Shown here piece after piece: positions 44,564 to 54,260 of a DNA stretch of 64,000 nucleotides. The number at the start of each line of letters is the position of its first letter. The first letter of the stretch is position 1. The notes under the pieces are model-generated. The model worked only from the letters and a program-made list of their open reading frames with translations. It was not told the origin of the DNA and searched no databases. The stretch comes from an uncultured Gammaproteobacteria bacterium (lineage in GTDB: Bacteria > Patescibacteriota > Patescibacteriia > Buchananbacterales > UBA6539). The stretch is from contig CAZCCC010000001.1 in NCBI GenBank assembly GCA_964497245.1, positions 10,297 to 74,296 of the forward strand, given 5' to 3'. Made by a program: the position numbers and the translations under genes.

Positions 44564-44610
44564 TTTATTGGCGACATCAAGCGAGTGTGCAGCACCGTTA
44601 ATACCCTTTA
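44564..44610 (+). repeat. Repeat element copy E2 (47-bp short form: 5' and 3' termini of the E family only)
   Basis: tttattggcgacatcaagcgagtg-tgcagcacc-gttaatacccttta, starting 2 nt after the stop codon of the GT4 gene. Confidence 0.6.
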
Positions 44611-44688
44611 TTATTTTGCCAATTTTTATAATCTAGAGTTTTAGACGGTTAAAAAAAACTGCTTTGATTTTTCAAAACAGCTTTAGTC

Positions 44689-44952
44689 TTAATGCAAGAA
44701 TCCAGAAATGGATGACGAAAGAGCAAGGTAGTCTATTTCATTTCCTTTTCCAAATTTTGTCATTAGAAAGTACCAAAGATCATTACCAATAATATGTGTC
44801 TGCCCATGTGCATTTACTAGGGAGGTAAATGCGCGACAAATTGTCTCTTCAGGCAGATCACAAAAAACGGCCTTTAGGCTGAAAAGAAGTTTTAAAAGAT
44901 TGCCGTGTCCATTGGCCAGTTCTTCAAAAGTGCAAAAGGTGCGAGTAGACAT
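44689..44952 (-). CDS. Hypothetical small protein (orphan; locally higher GC)
   Basis: 87 aa ORF, no recognisable motif; the only minus-strand ORF in this neighbourhood. Confidence 0.3.
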   Translation of the reverse strand: MSTRTFCTFEELANGHGNLLKLLFSLKAVFCDLPEETICRAFTSLVNAHGQTHIIGNDLWYFLMTKFGKGNEIDYLALSSSISGFLH

Positions 44953-45067
44953 TTAGATTTCCCTTTTTGTTTTGGTTGTCAGAAATTTGAATATTAATAT
45001 TACCCCATTTTTTATATATTGTCAATTAATCGTGGAGTTTTGCAAAGGGGAAATAGAAATGTCCTAC

Positions 45068-45104
45068 TTTTAAAATAAAATTAGCCGATTATTCAACCGG
45101 CTAG
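45068..45104 (-). terminator. Putative intrinsic terminator for the minus-strand membrane-protein gene
   Basis: Minus-strand reading: tagccg-gttgaataat-cggcta followed by attttattttaaaag. Confidence 0.35.
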
Positions 45105-45176
45105 AATCCAAAGCCCTAAAGGCAATTTGGGGTTAAATTATGAAATTTTTATTATAGGTTTAAGACTCTGAATATA

Positions 45177-47276
45177 TTAGTGTTTATATTTAAAGATAAG
45201 AATTTCTCCATCGTCTACCGTGTAAATTTTGTCTGCCGAGTTAGCCGCCTGATTTGCGATTTTTTCAAAATTTTGCCAATATTTGTTCAAGATAAAATAG
45301 CTTTCATTTACTCCAGCTTCATTCATCACTTTTTGCATTGTTTCTTTTTTCGCCCCTTCGTAAATCATTTCCAAATAGCCTTGATAAAAGGTTTTAGGCT
45401 CTCCCATTGGCATTGAGTAATAGAATTGGTTATTGTAATATTTTTTGAATCCCAATTCTTTAATTGCCGCTGCGCCAACCATCTGATTGGCAAGCACTAT
45501 GTGTTCTGGCGCAGCGATTTGCTCAATCAGGGTTATGGCTTTGATGTCTGATTCCGAAAGGCTGAAAAATTTAGCCGGCTCATATTGGTTTAAGCGAGGG
45601 TAAGATAGATATAAGGAAATCAATAACAGCCCGCTTAAAATAGAAACCAGGAAAGATTTTGCCAAATAATTTTCTTTTTGCCATAAATTTTTAATAAAAA
45701 CATATAATCCAATAAGAAAAAAAGGAAGAAGGATATAAAAAGTAAGCACTAAAAGTCTATTGGTAAATGAATTTTTATCATAATCTATCAAGGCGGGGAA
45801 AGTGATAAAATATTTTACAATTAAAAAATTGATGAAAATAACGGCTGATGCCATTAGATAACCAGAATTATTTTTTAGAAGTTTGTGCTTGGTGATATAG
45901 GCAAGTCCGATTAAAATTACTAAAAATGCCAGAATTATTTTATTTAAATTTATTAGGTACACGATGTTTAAAGGAAGGTCATATTTGTCAATCCAACTAA
46001 ATAAAACAAGATTTTCAAAGTTTATATCAGGTTTGTTTAAATTCAATGAGGATCCGTTTATTATAAAGGATAAAGGCAGAAAGATTATAAAAACCGTTCC
46101 CGTCAGAAAATAAAGCCAGATATGCCTTTTGTAGTTTTTATAGAACAATTTAAAAATATTCAAAAGCATTATTGTTATTAAAAGCGGAATTCCTGCCAAC
46201 GGATGAATGGCCAGTGCCGCTAAAGCCAAAAAATAGAGGGTAATGGCGGAAATATCATCTTTAAAATAAAGCAGAGAAAAAAGTATCGTTATAATAAAAA
46301 TTAGATTTGCCAGATTTTGAGGAGTAGTCATAATAAATCCGGAATAGGGAATCGCAATAATCATTAAGGCCATTATTAGCGAATACTTTTTTTGTAGCCA
46401 GTTGCTGAATACATAAAATACCGTTGTGGGAGCAAAAATTGAAAAAAAGACAGGTACCAGCATTTTATCAATCAAGGAGATGCTAATCCCACTGAATTTA
46501 TGCAGGAAAGTGACAATCGCATATTGCCCGAGATAATAAAGGGGCTTAGGGGTGATTGTTCCTGTTTGGCTGATTATTTTTTCCGTTGCTTGATGGATGA
46601 AAGGATCAAAGCCATAGCCTATTTTGTAGACTATTAAAGCAATACCAGCGCTTAGAAAAGTATGAACTATTGTTAATAATAAAGGCAATTTGGTTCTTGT
46701 TGATCTTAATAGATAAGTAACTAAACAGACGGTTAATCCAAAGTAAACAGGAAAAAATTTTGAATCCACAGTTTGCCAAGGTTCCTGTATTGACAGAGAT
46801 GTTTGTCCGTTTAAAAGCAGGAAAAAACAAAAAAAGGTACCGATGATATAAATAATAACAAGAAAAAAATTAGTTTTAGGCTCTTTTCTTTCATTAAATT
46901 TTGAAAAGTATTCTTTTACAATTTTTCTAAGTGATAGTTTTTTTTCGGGTTTTATCCAATAATACAAGAAAGCAAGAACAACAGGAATAAAGAAAAACAA
47001 ACCAAGTAGAATATTGTTGCTTAGACGATAAATATAGATTAGCCCAGCACCAACTATTGAAATGAAACAAAGTAAAAAAAGCGGGCCAAAAATAGTCTGC
47101 CAGCCTCGCTTATCAATAAATAAAGATCCGGTAATAAAGCCGAAGAATATTATATATGACAAGGTAAAAAAGGAACCTATGACAATATTATTCCAATACA
47201 AAAAATTAAATGCCAAAGAAAGGCAAATAATTAGAGCCGTCGTAAAGTATTTGAATTTAGTGATTTTTTCTTCCAT
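45177..47276 (-). CDS. Large polytopic membrane protein (about 14 TM + C-terminal soluble domain), possible GT-C-type glycosyltransferase
   Basis: 699 aa; hydrophobic through about residue 560, then a soluble tail; transcribed divergently from the next gene. Confidence 0.4.
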   Translation of the reverse strand: MEEKITKFKYFTTALIICLSLAFNFLYWNNIVIGSFFTLSYIIFFGFITGSLFIDKRGWQTIFGPLFLLCFISIVGAGLIYIYRLSNNILLGLFFFIPVVLAFLYYWIKPEKKLSLRKIVKEYFSKFNERKEPKTNFFLVIIYIIGTFFCFFLLLNGQTSLSIQEPWQTVDSKFFPVYFGLTVCLVTYLLRSTRTKLPLLLTIVHTFLSAGIALIVYKIGYGFDPFIHQATEKIISQTGTITPKPLYYLGQYAIVTFLHKFSGISISLIDKMLVPVFFSIFAPTTVFYVFSNWLQKKYSLIMALMIIAIPYSGFIMTTPQNLANLIFIITILFSLLYFKDDISAITLYFLALAALAIHPLAGIPLLITIMLLNIFKLFYKNYKRHIWLYFLTGTVFIIFLPLSFIINGSSLNLNKPDINFENLVLFSWIDKYDLPLNIVYLINLNKIILAFLVILIGLAYITKHKLLKNNSGYLMASAVIFINFLIVKYFITFPALIDYDKNSFTNRLLVLTFYILLPFFLIGLYVFIKNLWQKENYLAKSFLVSILSGLLLISLYLSYPRLNQYEPAKFFSLSESDIKAITLIEQIAAPEHIVLANQMVGAAAIKELGFKKYYNNQFYYSMPMGEPKTFYQGYLEMIYEGAKKETMQKVMNEAGVNESYFILNKYWQNFEKIANQAANSADKIYTVDDGEILIFKYKH

Positions 47277-47367
47277 ATTTTCTAGTATCTATATTTTAGC
47301 ACAAAAACGACTTTTTTTGCTATAATACTAAATATGATAAGGCTAAAAAATTAATAATTATTCTATA

Positions 47368-48945
47368 ATGTTTAAGAAGCGCAATTTTTTTCTGGCAGCT
47401 ATCGGAGTAGTGTCTTTAGTTGTTTATTTTTGGCTGGTTTCGCCTATTAATACCGGTCTTGAAATAAGCCATCGTTTTGATTGGCCTGATGAAGTTTCCA
47501 ATTATTTTTGGATTACTAATTACGCGGAAACCAGTCAGCTTTATGTTGCTGAACCTTTAAATTTAATCGCTGAAAATCAAATTCATCCAAGGAGTTTTAA
47601 TGTCCGGGAAGACGGCTCGCTTGTTCCGGGCAGTTTTTTTGGCTTAATACTGGTTTATGGATTGATTGCTAAATTATTTAGTTCCACTTTGGCTATTTAT
47701 TTTACTCCAATATTGGCGATAATAGCGTCTTTTTGCTTTTATGGAATAATTAGACACATATTTGACTTAAGAATTGCTCTATTGTCTTTAGTTTTAATGC
47801 TTTTTCATCCAGCCTGGCTTTATTATTCAGTCACTCCGATGCTTCCCAATGCTTGTTTTGTTTCACTTATTATCATTAGCGTTTGGCTTTTGATTTTCAG
47901 GAAAAATAGGATAAGTTCAATTCAAGTCCTGTTTTCGGCGCTTGCTTTAGGTTTTGCGGTATCAGTTCGGCCGGTTGAGATTTTTTGGATTTTTGCTTTG
48001 TATTTTTTAATTTTTATTTATTTATTTAAAAGGCTTGATTGGCAAAAAATTATTTTGTTTTTGGTAATCTTATTTTTAGCAGTAATTCCTTCAATTTATC
48101 AGCAGCAGATATTGTTTGGGAGTATTTTTACTTCAGGGTATGATCAGTTTCATATAGAAAAATCAATATTAGAGCAGTCGGCCGGTTTTATAAAATCTTT
48201 TATCGCTCCTTTTGGCATTCATCCTCGCTTAGCAACAGAAAATCTTTGGCTTTATTTTTTTAAGCAGCTTTGGTGGCTCTCATTTTTGGCCGTTTTGGGC
48301 TTGTTTGTCTCTTTATTTAATTTTAGGAAAAGAAACGAACTATTTTTTGGTTATGTTATTTTCAGCTTATTTTTGTTTTTTTGGCTTGGAAATTTTTATG
48401 GCAGCTGGCAATTTGAAGACAAACTCACGGTAAAACTCAATGTTTTAGGAATTTCTTATTTACGTTACTGGTTGCCTATATATTTAGTATCAGTTCCTTT
48501 TATTGCCTCTGGGCTTGCTTGGATTTCTAGCCTTTTAAAAACACGGGTTTTAAAAAAGTCAGCCTTGGCAATTTTCATTATTTTTCTTTTGTATAATTCT
48601 TTGCTACTATCCCTATTTAAAAATGAGGACAGCATTTTGCCGGTCCGCCGAAGAATTGCTGAATATAAAAAAACGGCAGCCAGAGTTATTTCATTAACCG
48701 AACAAGATTCAATAATCATTACTGTCAGAAAAGATAAAGTTTTTTTTCCCGAAAGAAAAGTAATTCATACTTTTGAGAAGCTTTCTGATAATCAAAAAAT
48801 ACAAAATTTTTTGCCTAATTTAATCAATGAAGCACCGGTTTATTATTATTCCCTTGAATTTGAAAAAAATCTTGAAATGGAAAACGGAATGTCTTTAGAA
48901 TTGGTGCAAAATATCGGTAATGAAGTTTTATATAAAATAAAATGA
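47368..48945 (+). CDS. Polytopic membrane protein, possible GT-C/PMT-like glycosyltransferase
   Basis: 525 aa; many TM segments; C-terminal soluble domain. Confidence 0.4.
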   Translation: MFKKRNFFLAAIGVVSLVVYFWLVSPINTGLEISHRFDWPDEVSNYFWITNYAETSQLYVAEPLNLIAENQIHPRSFNVREDGSLVPGSFFGLILVYGLIAKLFSSTLAIYFTPILAIIASFCFYGIIRHIFDLRIALLSLVLMLFHPAWLYYSVTPMLPNACFVSLIIISVWLLIFRKNRISSIQVLFSALALGFAVSVRPVEIFWIFALYFLIFIYLFKRLDWQKIILFLVILFLAVIPSIYQQQILFGSIFTSGYDQFHIEKSILEQSAGFIKSFIAPFGIHPRLATENLWLYFFKQLWWLSFLAVLGLFVSLFNFRKRNELFFGYVIFSLFLFFWLGNFYGSWQFEDKLTVKLNVLGISYLRYWLPIYLVSVPFIASGLAWISSLLKTRVLKKSALAIFIIFLLYNSLLLSLFKNEDSILPVRRRIAEYKKTAARVISLTEQDSIIITVRKDKVFFPERKVIHTFEKLSDNQKIQNFLPNLINEAPVYYYSLEFEKNLEMENGMSLELVQNIGNEVLYKIK

Positions 48946-49460
48946 AAAATAACTATTTAAAATTAATTAAATTACTACTGATAGTTTTTTCAATTTTTTT
49001 ATTTTTGTTTTTAATTAATAAAAATTTCCCCAGGTCAGGACAGATAACTGTTGAAATGAAATTGGGCAAAGATTTGCCGGCAATTACCAAGCTTGGACCT
49101 GAGCCGAGAGTAATTTTGCAAAATGGATTCCAATCGGTTCTGGAAGGCCCGGTTTATTTTGATTTAAGGTCAATGCCATGGTTTAAAGAAGCTATTGTCA
49201 TTATAGTTTTTTTGGAAGAAGAAATGGAACTCGAGGGAATTGCCGGTCAGTCAGGGCCCGGCTGGCAGTATGATATAAAAGAACCTTTTCTGGTTAATGA
49301 TTTGGAGCAAGGCCTAAAAATTGCATTATTCAACTTTGACTTAGACGAATTATATCAGCAAAAAAATATCAGGCGATTTTTGATTTCCCTTAAGCCTTCG
49401 GGGCAACGGGAGCGTCCGGAACTTAAAATTTATTCACTTAAAATAATTCTAAACCAATAA
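48942..49460 (+). CDS. Hypothetical protein with N-terminal signal anchor
   Basis: 172 aa; single N-terminal TM. Confidence 0.4.
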   Translation: MKNNYLKLIKLLLIVFSIFLFLFLINKNFPRSGQITVEMKLGKDLPAITKLGPEPRVILQNGFQSVLEGPVYFDLRSMPWFKEAIVIIVFLEEEMELEGIAGQSGPGWQYDIKEPFLVNDLEQGLKIALFNFDLDELYQQKNIRRFLISLKPSGQRERPELKIYSLKIILNQ

Positions 49461-49462
49461 TA

Positions 49463-49657
49463 ATGAAAATATTTTCTAAAAATAAAGATATTTTTTTGAA
49501 GACGGTTGAAGCTGTTTTTCAAGTTTCTTTTGTTTCTTTTTTGGCTTTATTTGCAATTGACTATATTTTTCCCGGTTTTGTTTCTAATTGGTTTAATTCA
49601 GTTTGGCTATTGATTTTAAGTTTTTTTTGTATTATAATTATCATCGCAAAAGATTAA
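49463..49657 (+). CDS. Small hydrophobic protein (2 TM)
   Basis: 64 aa; may be spurious. Confidence 0.3.
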   Translation: MKIFSKNKDIFLKTVEAVFQVSFVSFLALFAIDYIFPGFVSNWFNSVWLLILSFFCIIIIIAKD

Positions 49658-49658
49658 T

Positions 49659-50114
49659 ATGATTAAAGGGATAAAAATAATAAAACTTGAAAAATTTAAT
49701 GATCAGCGCGGCTGGTTGTCTGAGTTTTTTAGAAATGATGAAATTATAGATTATGCACCGGCAATGGGATATGTTTCCCAGACTTTACCGGGAGTTTCCA
49801 GAGGACCACATGAACATTCAAGCCAATCCGATTTTTTCGTTTTTATTGTGGGTAAATTCAGGCTTTATCTTTGGGACAACAGACAGGGAGCAAAAAAATA
49901 CCGAATACTTGAAACTTTTGAAGTGGGAGGAGAAAATCCCTGTTCAGTGTTGGTTCCGCCAGGTGTCGTCCATGCTTATAGATGTATTTCAAAAGAACCA
50001 GGTTTGGTAATCAATTTGCCGGATTCTCTGTATAAAGGAAAAGGCAAACTGGAAGAAATAGATGAAATCAGATGGGAGGACGGTAGAAATTCGCCTTTTA
50101 AAATTAATGATTGA
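49659..50114 (+). CDS. dTDP-4-dehydrorhamnose 3,5-epimerase-like cupin (RmlC-like)
   Basis: 151 aa; RGWLSEFFRND...SRGPHEHSSQSDFFVFIVGKFRLYLWDNR resembles the RmlC core; shorter than canonical RmlC. Confidence 0.5.
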   Translation: MIKGIKIIKLEKFNDQRGWLSEFFRNDEIIDYAPAMGYVSQTLPGVSRGPHEHSSQSDFFVFIVGKFRLYLWDNRQGAKKYRILETFEVGGENPCSVLVPPGVVHAYRCISKEPGLVINLPDSLYKGKGKLEEIDEIRWEDGRNSPFKIND

Positions 50115-50530
50115 AAAATATGCCAGACTGCATTTTTTGTAAAATTATTAAAGGCAAAATTTCATGTTCTAAAATTTACGAAGATGAAAAGATTTTGGCT
50201 TTTTTGGATATAAGTCCGATTAACCCCGGCCATACTTTGGTTATTCCAAAAAATCACTCGCAAAATTTAGTCCAGACAAGCGATGAAGATTTATCAGCTG
50301 CCATTATGGTGATGAAAAAAATTGTGCCGGCGATTTTAAAAGCCGTTGGTGCTGAAGCATTTAATGTCATAACCAATAATGGTGAAATTTCCGGACAGAC
50401 TGTTGGCCATACTCATTTTCATATTATGCCTCGTTTTAAAGGAGATGGCTATAAACTTTGGGTTGGCAAGACTTATCAGGAAGGGGAGATGGAAAGAATC
50501 GCATCAAGAATTCAAAAAGAATTGCAATAA
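50111..50530 (+). CDS. HIT (histidine triad) family nucleotide hydrolase/transferase
   Basis: 139 aa; CIFCKII and GHTHFHIMPR (HxHxHxx). Confidence 0.8.
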   Translation: MKNMPDCIFCKIIKGKISCSKIYEDEKILAFLDISPINPGHTLVIPKNHSQNLVQTSDEDLSAAIMVMKKIVPAILKAVGAEAFNVITNNGEISGQTVGHTHFHIMPRFKGDGYKLWVGKTYQEGEMERIASRIQKELQ

Positions 50531-50578
50531 TATGTTAAAATCATAAATTAAGTTTTTTAGTTATAATTATTAAATTAA

Positions 50579-51589
50579 ATGAGTAAATTATTAGTGACAG
50601 GCGGAGCGGGATTTATCGGATCCAACTTCATTCATTACTGGCTTAAAAACCATCCAAAAGACAAGATTGTTAATTTAGATAAGCTAACATACGCCGGAAA
50701 CTTAGAGAATTTAGAGGCTACAAAAAAGAATCCAAAGTATCAGTTTGTTTTGGCCGATATTTGTGATTCAAAAATTGTTTCTGATTTAGTCAAAGATTGT
50801 GATCTGATTGTTCATTTTGCCGCCGAAAGCCATGTTGACCGTTCAATAATTAATGCTGGCGAATTTGTTAAAACCAATGTTTTGGGCACCCAGATCCTGC
50901 TTCAGGCGGCAAAAGATTATAATAAGCGTTTTCACCATATTTCAACTGATGAAGTCTTTGGCACATTAAATTTGGGGTCAAAGGAGAAATTTAATGAAAA
51001 TACGCCTTATGATCCGCACAGTCCATATTCGGCCAGTAAAGCAGCTTCCGATCATTTAGTCAGAGCGTATTTTCATACCCACAATTTAGCAGTTACAATT
51101 TCTAATTGTTCAAATAATTTTGGTCCATATCAGTTTCCGGAAAAATTTTTGCCTTTGGCAATTACTAATCTGCTTGAAGGAAAAAAAGTTCCGGTTTATG
51201 GTGACGGCCTTTATGTGCGCGATTGGCTTTATGTTCAAGATCACTGCCGGGCGATTGATTTAATTTTGGAAAAAGGTAAAATCGGGGAAACTTATTGTAT
51301 CGGGGGAATTATTGACGACGTAAGTAATTTAGATATTATTAGAAGAATTTTAAATATTTTAGGTAAGGATGAATCAATGATTGAATATGTTAAAGATCGG
51401 CCCGGCCATGACCGGCGATATGCCGTTGATTGGTCAAAAGCCAATCAAGAAATTGGTTTTACTCCCGAGCATGATTTTGATGCCTACCTTAAAGAAACCA
51501 TTGATTGGTATAGTAAAAATGCCAAGTGGTGGCAAAAGATAAAATCAGGGGAGTATCGGAACTATTATGAAAGGCAGTACCGGCCATGA
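50579..51589 (+). CDS. rmlB: dTDP-glucose 4,6-dehydratase
   Basis: 336 aa; LLVTGGAGFIGSNFIHY, YSASKAASDHLVRAY (catalytic YxxxK). Confidence 0.85.
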   Translation: MSKLLVTGGAGFIGSNFIHYWLKNHPKDKIVNLDKLTYAGNLENLEATKKNPKYQFVLADICDSKIVSDLVKDCDLIVHFAAESHVDRSIINAGEFVKTNVLGTQILLQAAKDYNKRFHHISTDEVFGTLNLGSKEKFNENTPYDPHSPYSASKAASDHLVRAYFHTHNLAVTISNCSNNFGPYQFPEKFLPLAITNLLEGKKVPVYGDGLYVRDWLYVQDHCRAIDLILEKGKIGETYCIGGIIDDVSNLDIIRRILNILGKDESMIEYVKDRPGHDRRYAVDWSKANQEIGFTPEHDFDAYLKETIDWYSKNAKWWQKIKSGEYRNYYERQYRP

Positions 51590-52275
51590 CAGAAAATGAA
51601 ATTTTAAAAAGAATTTATCCATCGGTTGTCACTTTTATCGGCAATTGGCGGAAAATGACCAAGGAAGTTTTTAATCTCGGGTTGACTGACATTTCTTTAT
51701 TTTTAACTTGTGCCGGCTATATGGAAAGACAAGAAATTTATAGAGAATTAGAAAAGACAAAAGTTAAAAATATTCCCCATGTCCATATTCGTCACGACAT
51801 GAGAGAAAGCGAATTGGATTATTTGTCATCGCGTTTTTGTGCCAAATCTTTTACCGTTCATTATCAGTATTTTTTTAAATTTTTTAAAAAATCAAGGTAT
51901 AGCAAGAAAATGTTTATTGAGAATAATAATGGACAGTCAAGAATTAAAGAATTGAGACTCGTTAAAGAAAGCGGAGGAATCTGTATTGACTTGTCGCACC
52001 TGAAACATTTTGAGAATTTTTATCCTGATTACTTTCTTTTAACTAAAAAAGCCGCTGACAACTACCGTATCGGTTGTAATCATTTAAGTGCAATTTTAGC
52101 AAATGGAAAAAGCTGGCACAAAGTGAAAAAGTTTTCTGATTTGGATTATTTAAAAACTATACCCAAGAAGTATTTTTCAGAATATATCTGTCTGGAAATG
52201 GCAAATCCAGTCAAGGAACAGCTGAAGTTTAAAAAGTATATTGCAAAAATTCTAGCTGAAAGCTGGAAAGGTTAA
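51586..52275 (+). CDS. Hypothetical protein embedded in the rml operon
   Basis: 229 aa; His-rich patch HVHIRHDM, CIDLSHLKH; no confident family. Confidence 0.4.
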   Translation: MTENEILKRIYPSVVTFIGNWRKMTKEVFNLGLTDISLFLTCAGYMERQEIYRELEKTKVKNIPHVHIRHDMRESELDYLSSRFCAKSFTVHYQYFFKFFKKSRYSKKMFIENNNGQSRIKELRLVKESGGICIDLSHLKHFENFYPDYFLLTKKAADNYRIGCNHLSAILANGKSWHKVKKFSDLDYLKTIPKKYFSEYICLEMANPVKEQLKFKKYIAKILAESWKG

Positions 52276-52287
52276 TTTAATTTTTTT

Positions 52288-53127
52288 ATGAGGCAAAAAA
52301 TTTTAATTTTAGGAGCAAAAGGAATGCTTGGTCATGAATTGGCTGAAGTTTTTTCTGAACAAAACCCGATTCTTTGGGATAGGGAAGATTTAGATATAGT
52401 TGGAAAAAAAGATGTTGAAAATAAATTATTAGAAGTCAAACCGACATTGATTATTAACGCAGCAGCTTATACCAACGTTGATGGCGCTGAAACCAATGGT
52501 GACTTGGCAGTAAAAATAAACGGCTATGCTGTTGGTCATCTGGCTGAAGTGGCAAAAAATCTTGGCGCAATTTTAGTGCATTATAGTACTGATTATGTTT
52601 TTGATGGTAAAAAGAAAGATGGCTACATGGAATCAGATCAGCCAAATCCAATTAATGTTTATGGCCAGTCAAAATTTTTGGGTGAAAAGTTGCTTTTAGA
52701 AAAAGGGGATATGTATTATCTGATTAGATCTTCTTGGATTTATGGCAAAAACGGCAAAAATTTTGTTGACACGATTTTAAACAAAGCTTTAACTGAAGAA
52801 TTTTTGTCTGTTGTCAATGATCAATTTGGTAAACCGACTTATGCCAAGGACTTGGCATATGCAACCAAGCAGTTAATTGACCAAATGAAGCCATGTGGCA
52901 TTTATCATCTTGTAAATGAAACAGATACCGGCGGAGTAAGCTGGCTTGATTTTGCCGATCTTGCCATATCAATTAAAGGTTTAGATGCAGAAGTTAGACC
53001 ATGTGCGACAAAAGATTTTCCAAGTCCGACTAAAAGGCCTAAATATGGGGTATTAATTAATACTAAATTTCAGAGATTAAGGAATTGGCAGGAGTCTTTG
53101 ACTGACTATTTAGAAAATAAAAATTAA
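52288..53127 (+). CDS. rmlD: dTDP-4-dehydrorhamnose reductase
   Basis: 279 aa; KILILGAKGMLGHEL, YGQSKFLGE. Confidence 0.8.
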   Translation: MRQKILILGAKGMLGHELAEVFSEQNPILWDREDLDIVGKKDVENKLLEVKPTLIINAAAYTNVDGAETNGDLAVKINGYAVGHLAEVAKNLGAILVHYSTDYVFDGKKKDGYMESDQPNPINVYGQSKFLGEKLLLEKGDMYYLIRSSWIYGKNGKNFVDTILNKALTEEFLSVVNDQFGKPTYAKDLAYATKQLIDQMKPCGIYHLVNETDTGGVSWLDFADLAISIKGLDAEVRPCATKDFPSPTKRPKYGVLINTKFQRLRNWQESLTDYLENKN

Positions 53128-53160
53128 AATTATAGAATATTTTAAATAATAACAATTGTT

Positions 53161-54234
53161 ATGCAAAAAATTTTAGAAAATATTGTTTGGCTAAATAGTA
53201 AAAGTTTGGCTGGTAATACCTTACAGGATTATCTTAATTCATTTTTTATTTTTTTACTGTTGGTTTTTATTCTAAAAATTTTTCAGCATGTTATTTTAGT
53301 CAAGTTAAAAGAAATAGCGGCTGGAACTAAAACTGATTTTGATGAAACCTTGATCAGAATTTTTTCAGAGATAAAACCGCCTTTTTATTTTTTTATAGCT
53401 TTTTATTTTGGTTTGAGCTTTTTGAATTTGTCTGAAATATTGTCCAAAACGATTAGGATCATTTTTTTAGCGTTAATTGTTTTTGAGATTATTAGGGCCA
53501 TGGATAAGTTGATTGATTTTTTCGCTTTTAAGTATTTAAAAAAAATTGATGAGGAAAATACTCAGCAGGAGAAAGAATATATAACCAGGCCGATAAAGAT
53601 AATTTTAAAAATTATCTTATGGCTTTTGGGTATTACTTTAGTTTTGGCTAATTTAGGAATTAATGTGACTTCTATAGTTGCGAGTTTGGGAATTGGCGGT
53701 GTGGCCATAGCCTTGGCGGTACAAAATATTTTGGGAGATATTTTTTCTTCTTTCTCTATTTATATAGACAAGCCTTTTAAAGTTGGTGACTTTATTCAAA
53801 TTGGTCAAGATGCCGGAATTGTTGAAAAAATAGGGCTTAAAACCACCAGAATAAGAACATTGCATGGAGAGGAGCTTGTGATATCTAATCATGAATTAAC
53901 CTCTGCTCGAGTACAAAATTTTAAGAAAATGGAAAACCGCAGAGTTTCCTTTACTATTGATTTGGTTTATGGTACAGACTTGAAACAATTAGATAAAGTT
54001 CCGGAAATAATCAAACAAATAATTGATACGGAAGAAATGGCCGAATTTAGCAGATGCCATTTTAAAGAATACGGCAAATCAGCGTTGATTTTTGAAGTGG
54101 TATATTTTGTTAATTCTCCTGATTATTTAGTTTATATGGACACAAGGCAGAGAATAAATTTGGCAATATATCGCGATTTCCAAATGGAAAAAATTAATTT
54201 CGCTTATCCAAAGACAATATTTGTCAAAAAATAA
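53161..54234 (+). CDS. Small-conductance mechanosensitive channel (MscS family)
   Basis: 357 aa; IVASLGIGGVAIALAVQNILGDIFSSFSIYIDKPFKVGDFIQIG. Confidence 0.8.
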   Translation: MQKILENIVWLNSKSLAGNTLQDYLNSFFIFLLLVFILKIFQHVILVKLKEIAAGTKTDFDETLIRIFSEIKPPFYFFIAFYFGLSFLNLSEILSKTIRIIFLALIVFEIIRAMDKLIDFFAFKYLKKIDEENTQQEKEYITRPIKIILKIILWLLGITLVLANLGINVTSIVASLGIGGVAIALAVQNILGDIFSSFSIYIDKPFKVGDFIQIGQDAGIVEKIGLKTTRIRTLHGEELVISNHELTSARVQNFKKMENRRVSFTIDLVYGTDLKQLDKVPEIIKQIIDTEEMAEFSRCHFKEYGKSALIFEVVYFVNSPDYLVYMDTRQRINLAIYRDFQMEKINFAYPKTIFVKK

Positions 54235-54260
54235 TTTTTTGCGTTTATTAAAAAGATATA

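Noticed and set aside
49753-50010. 85-aa ORF inside the RmlC-like gene
   Set aside because: Alternate frame of a gene with recognisable cupin motifs.
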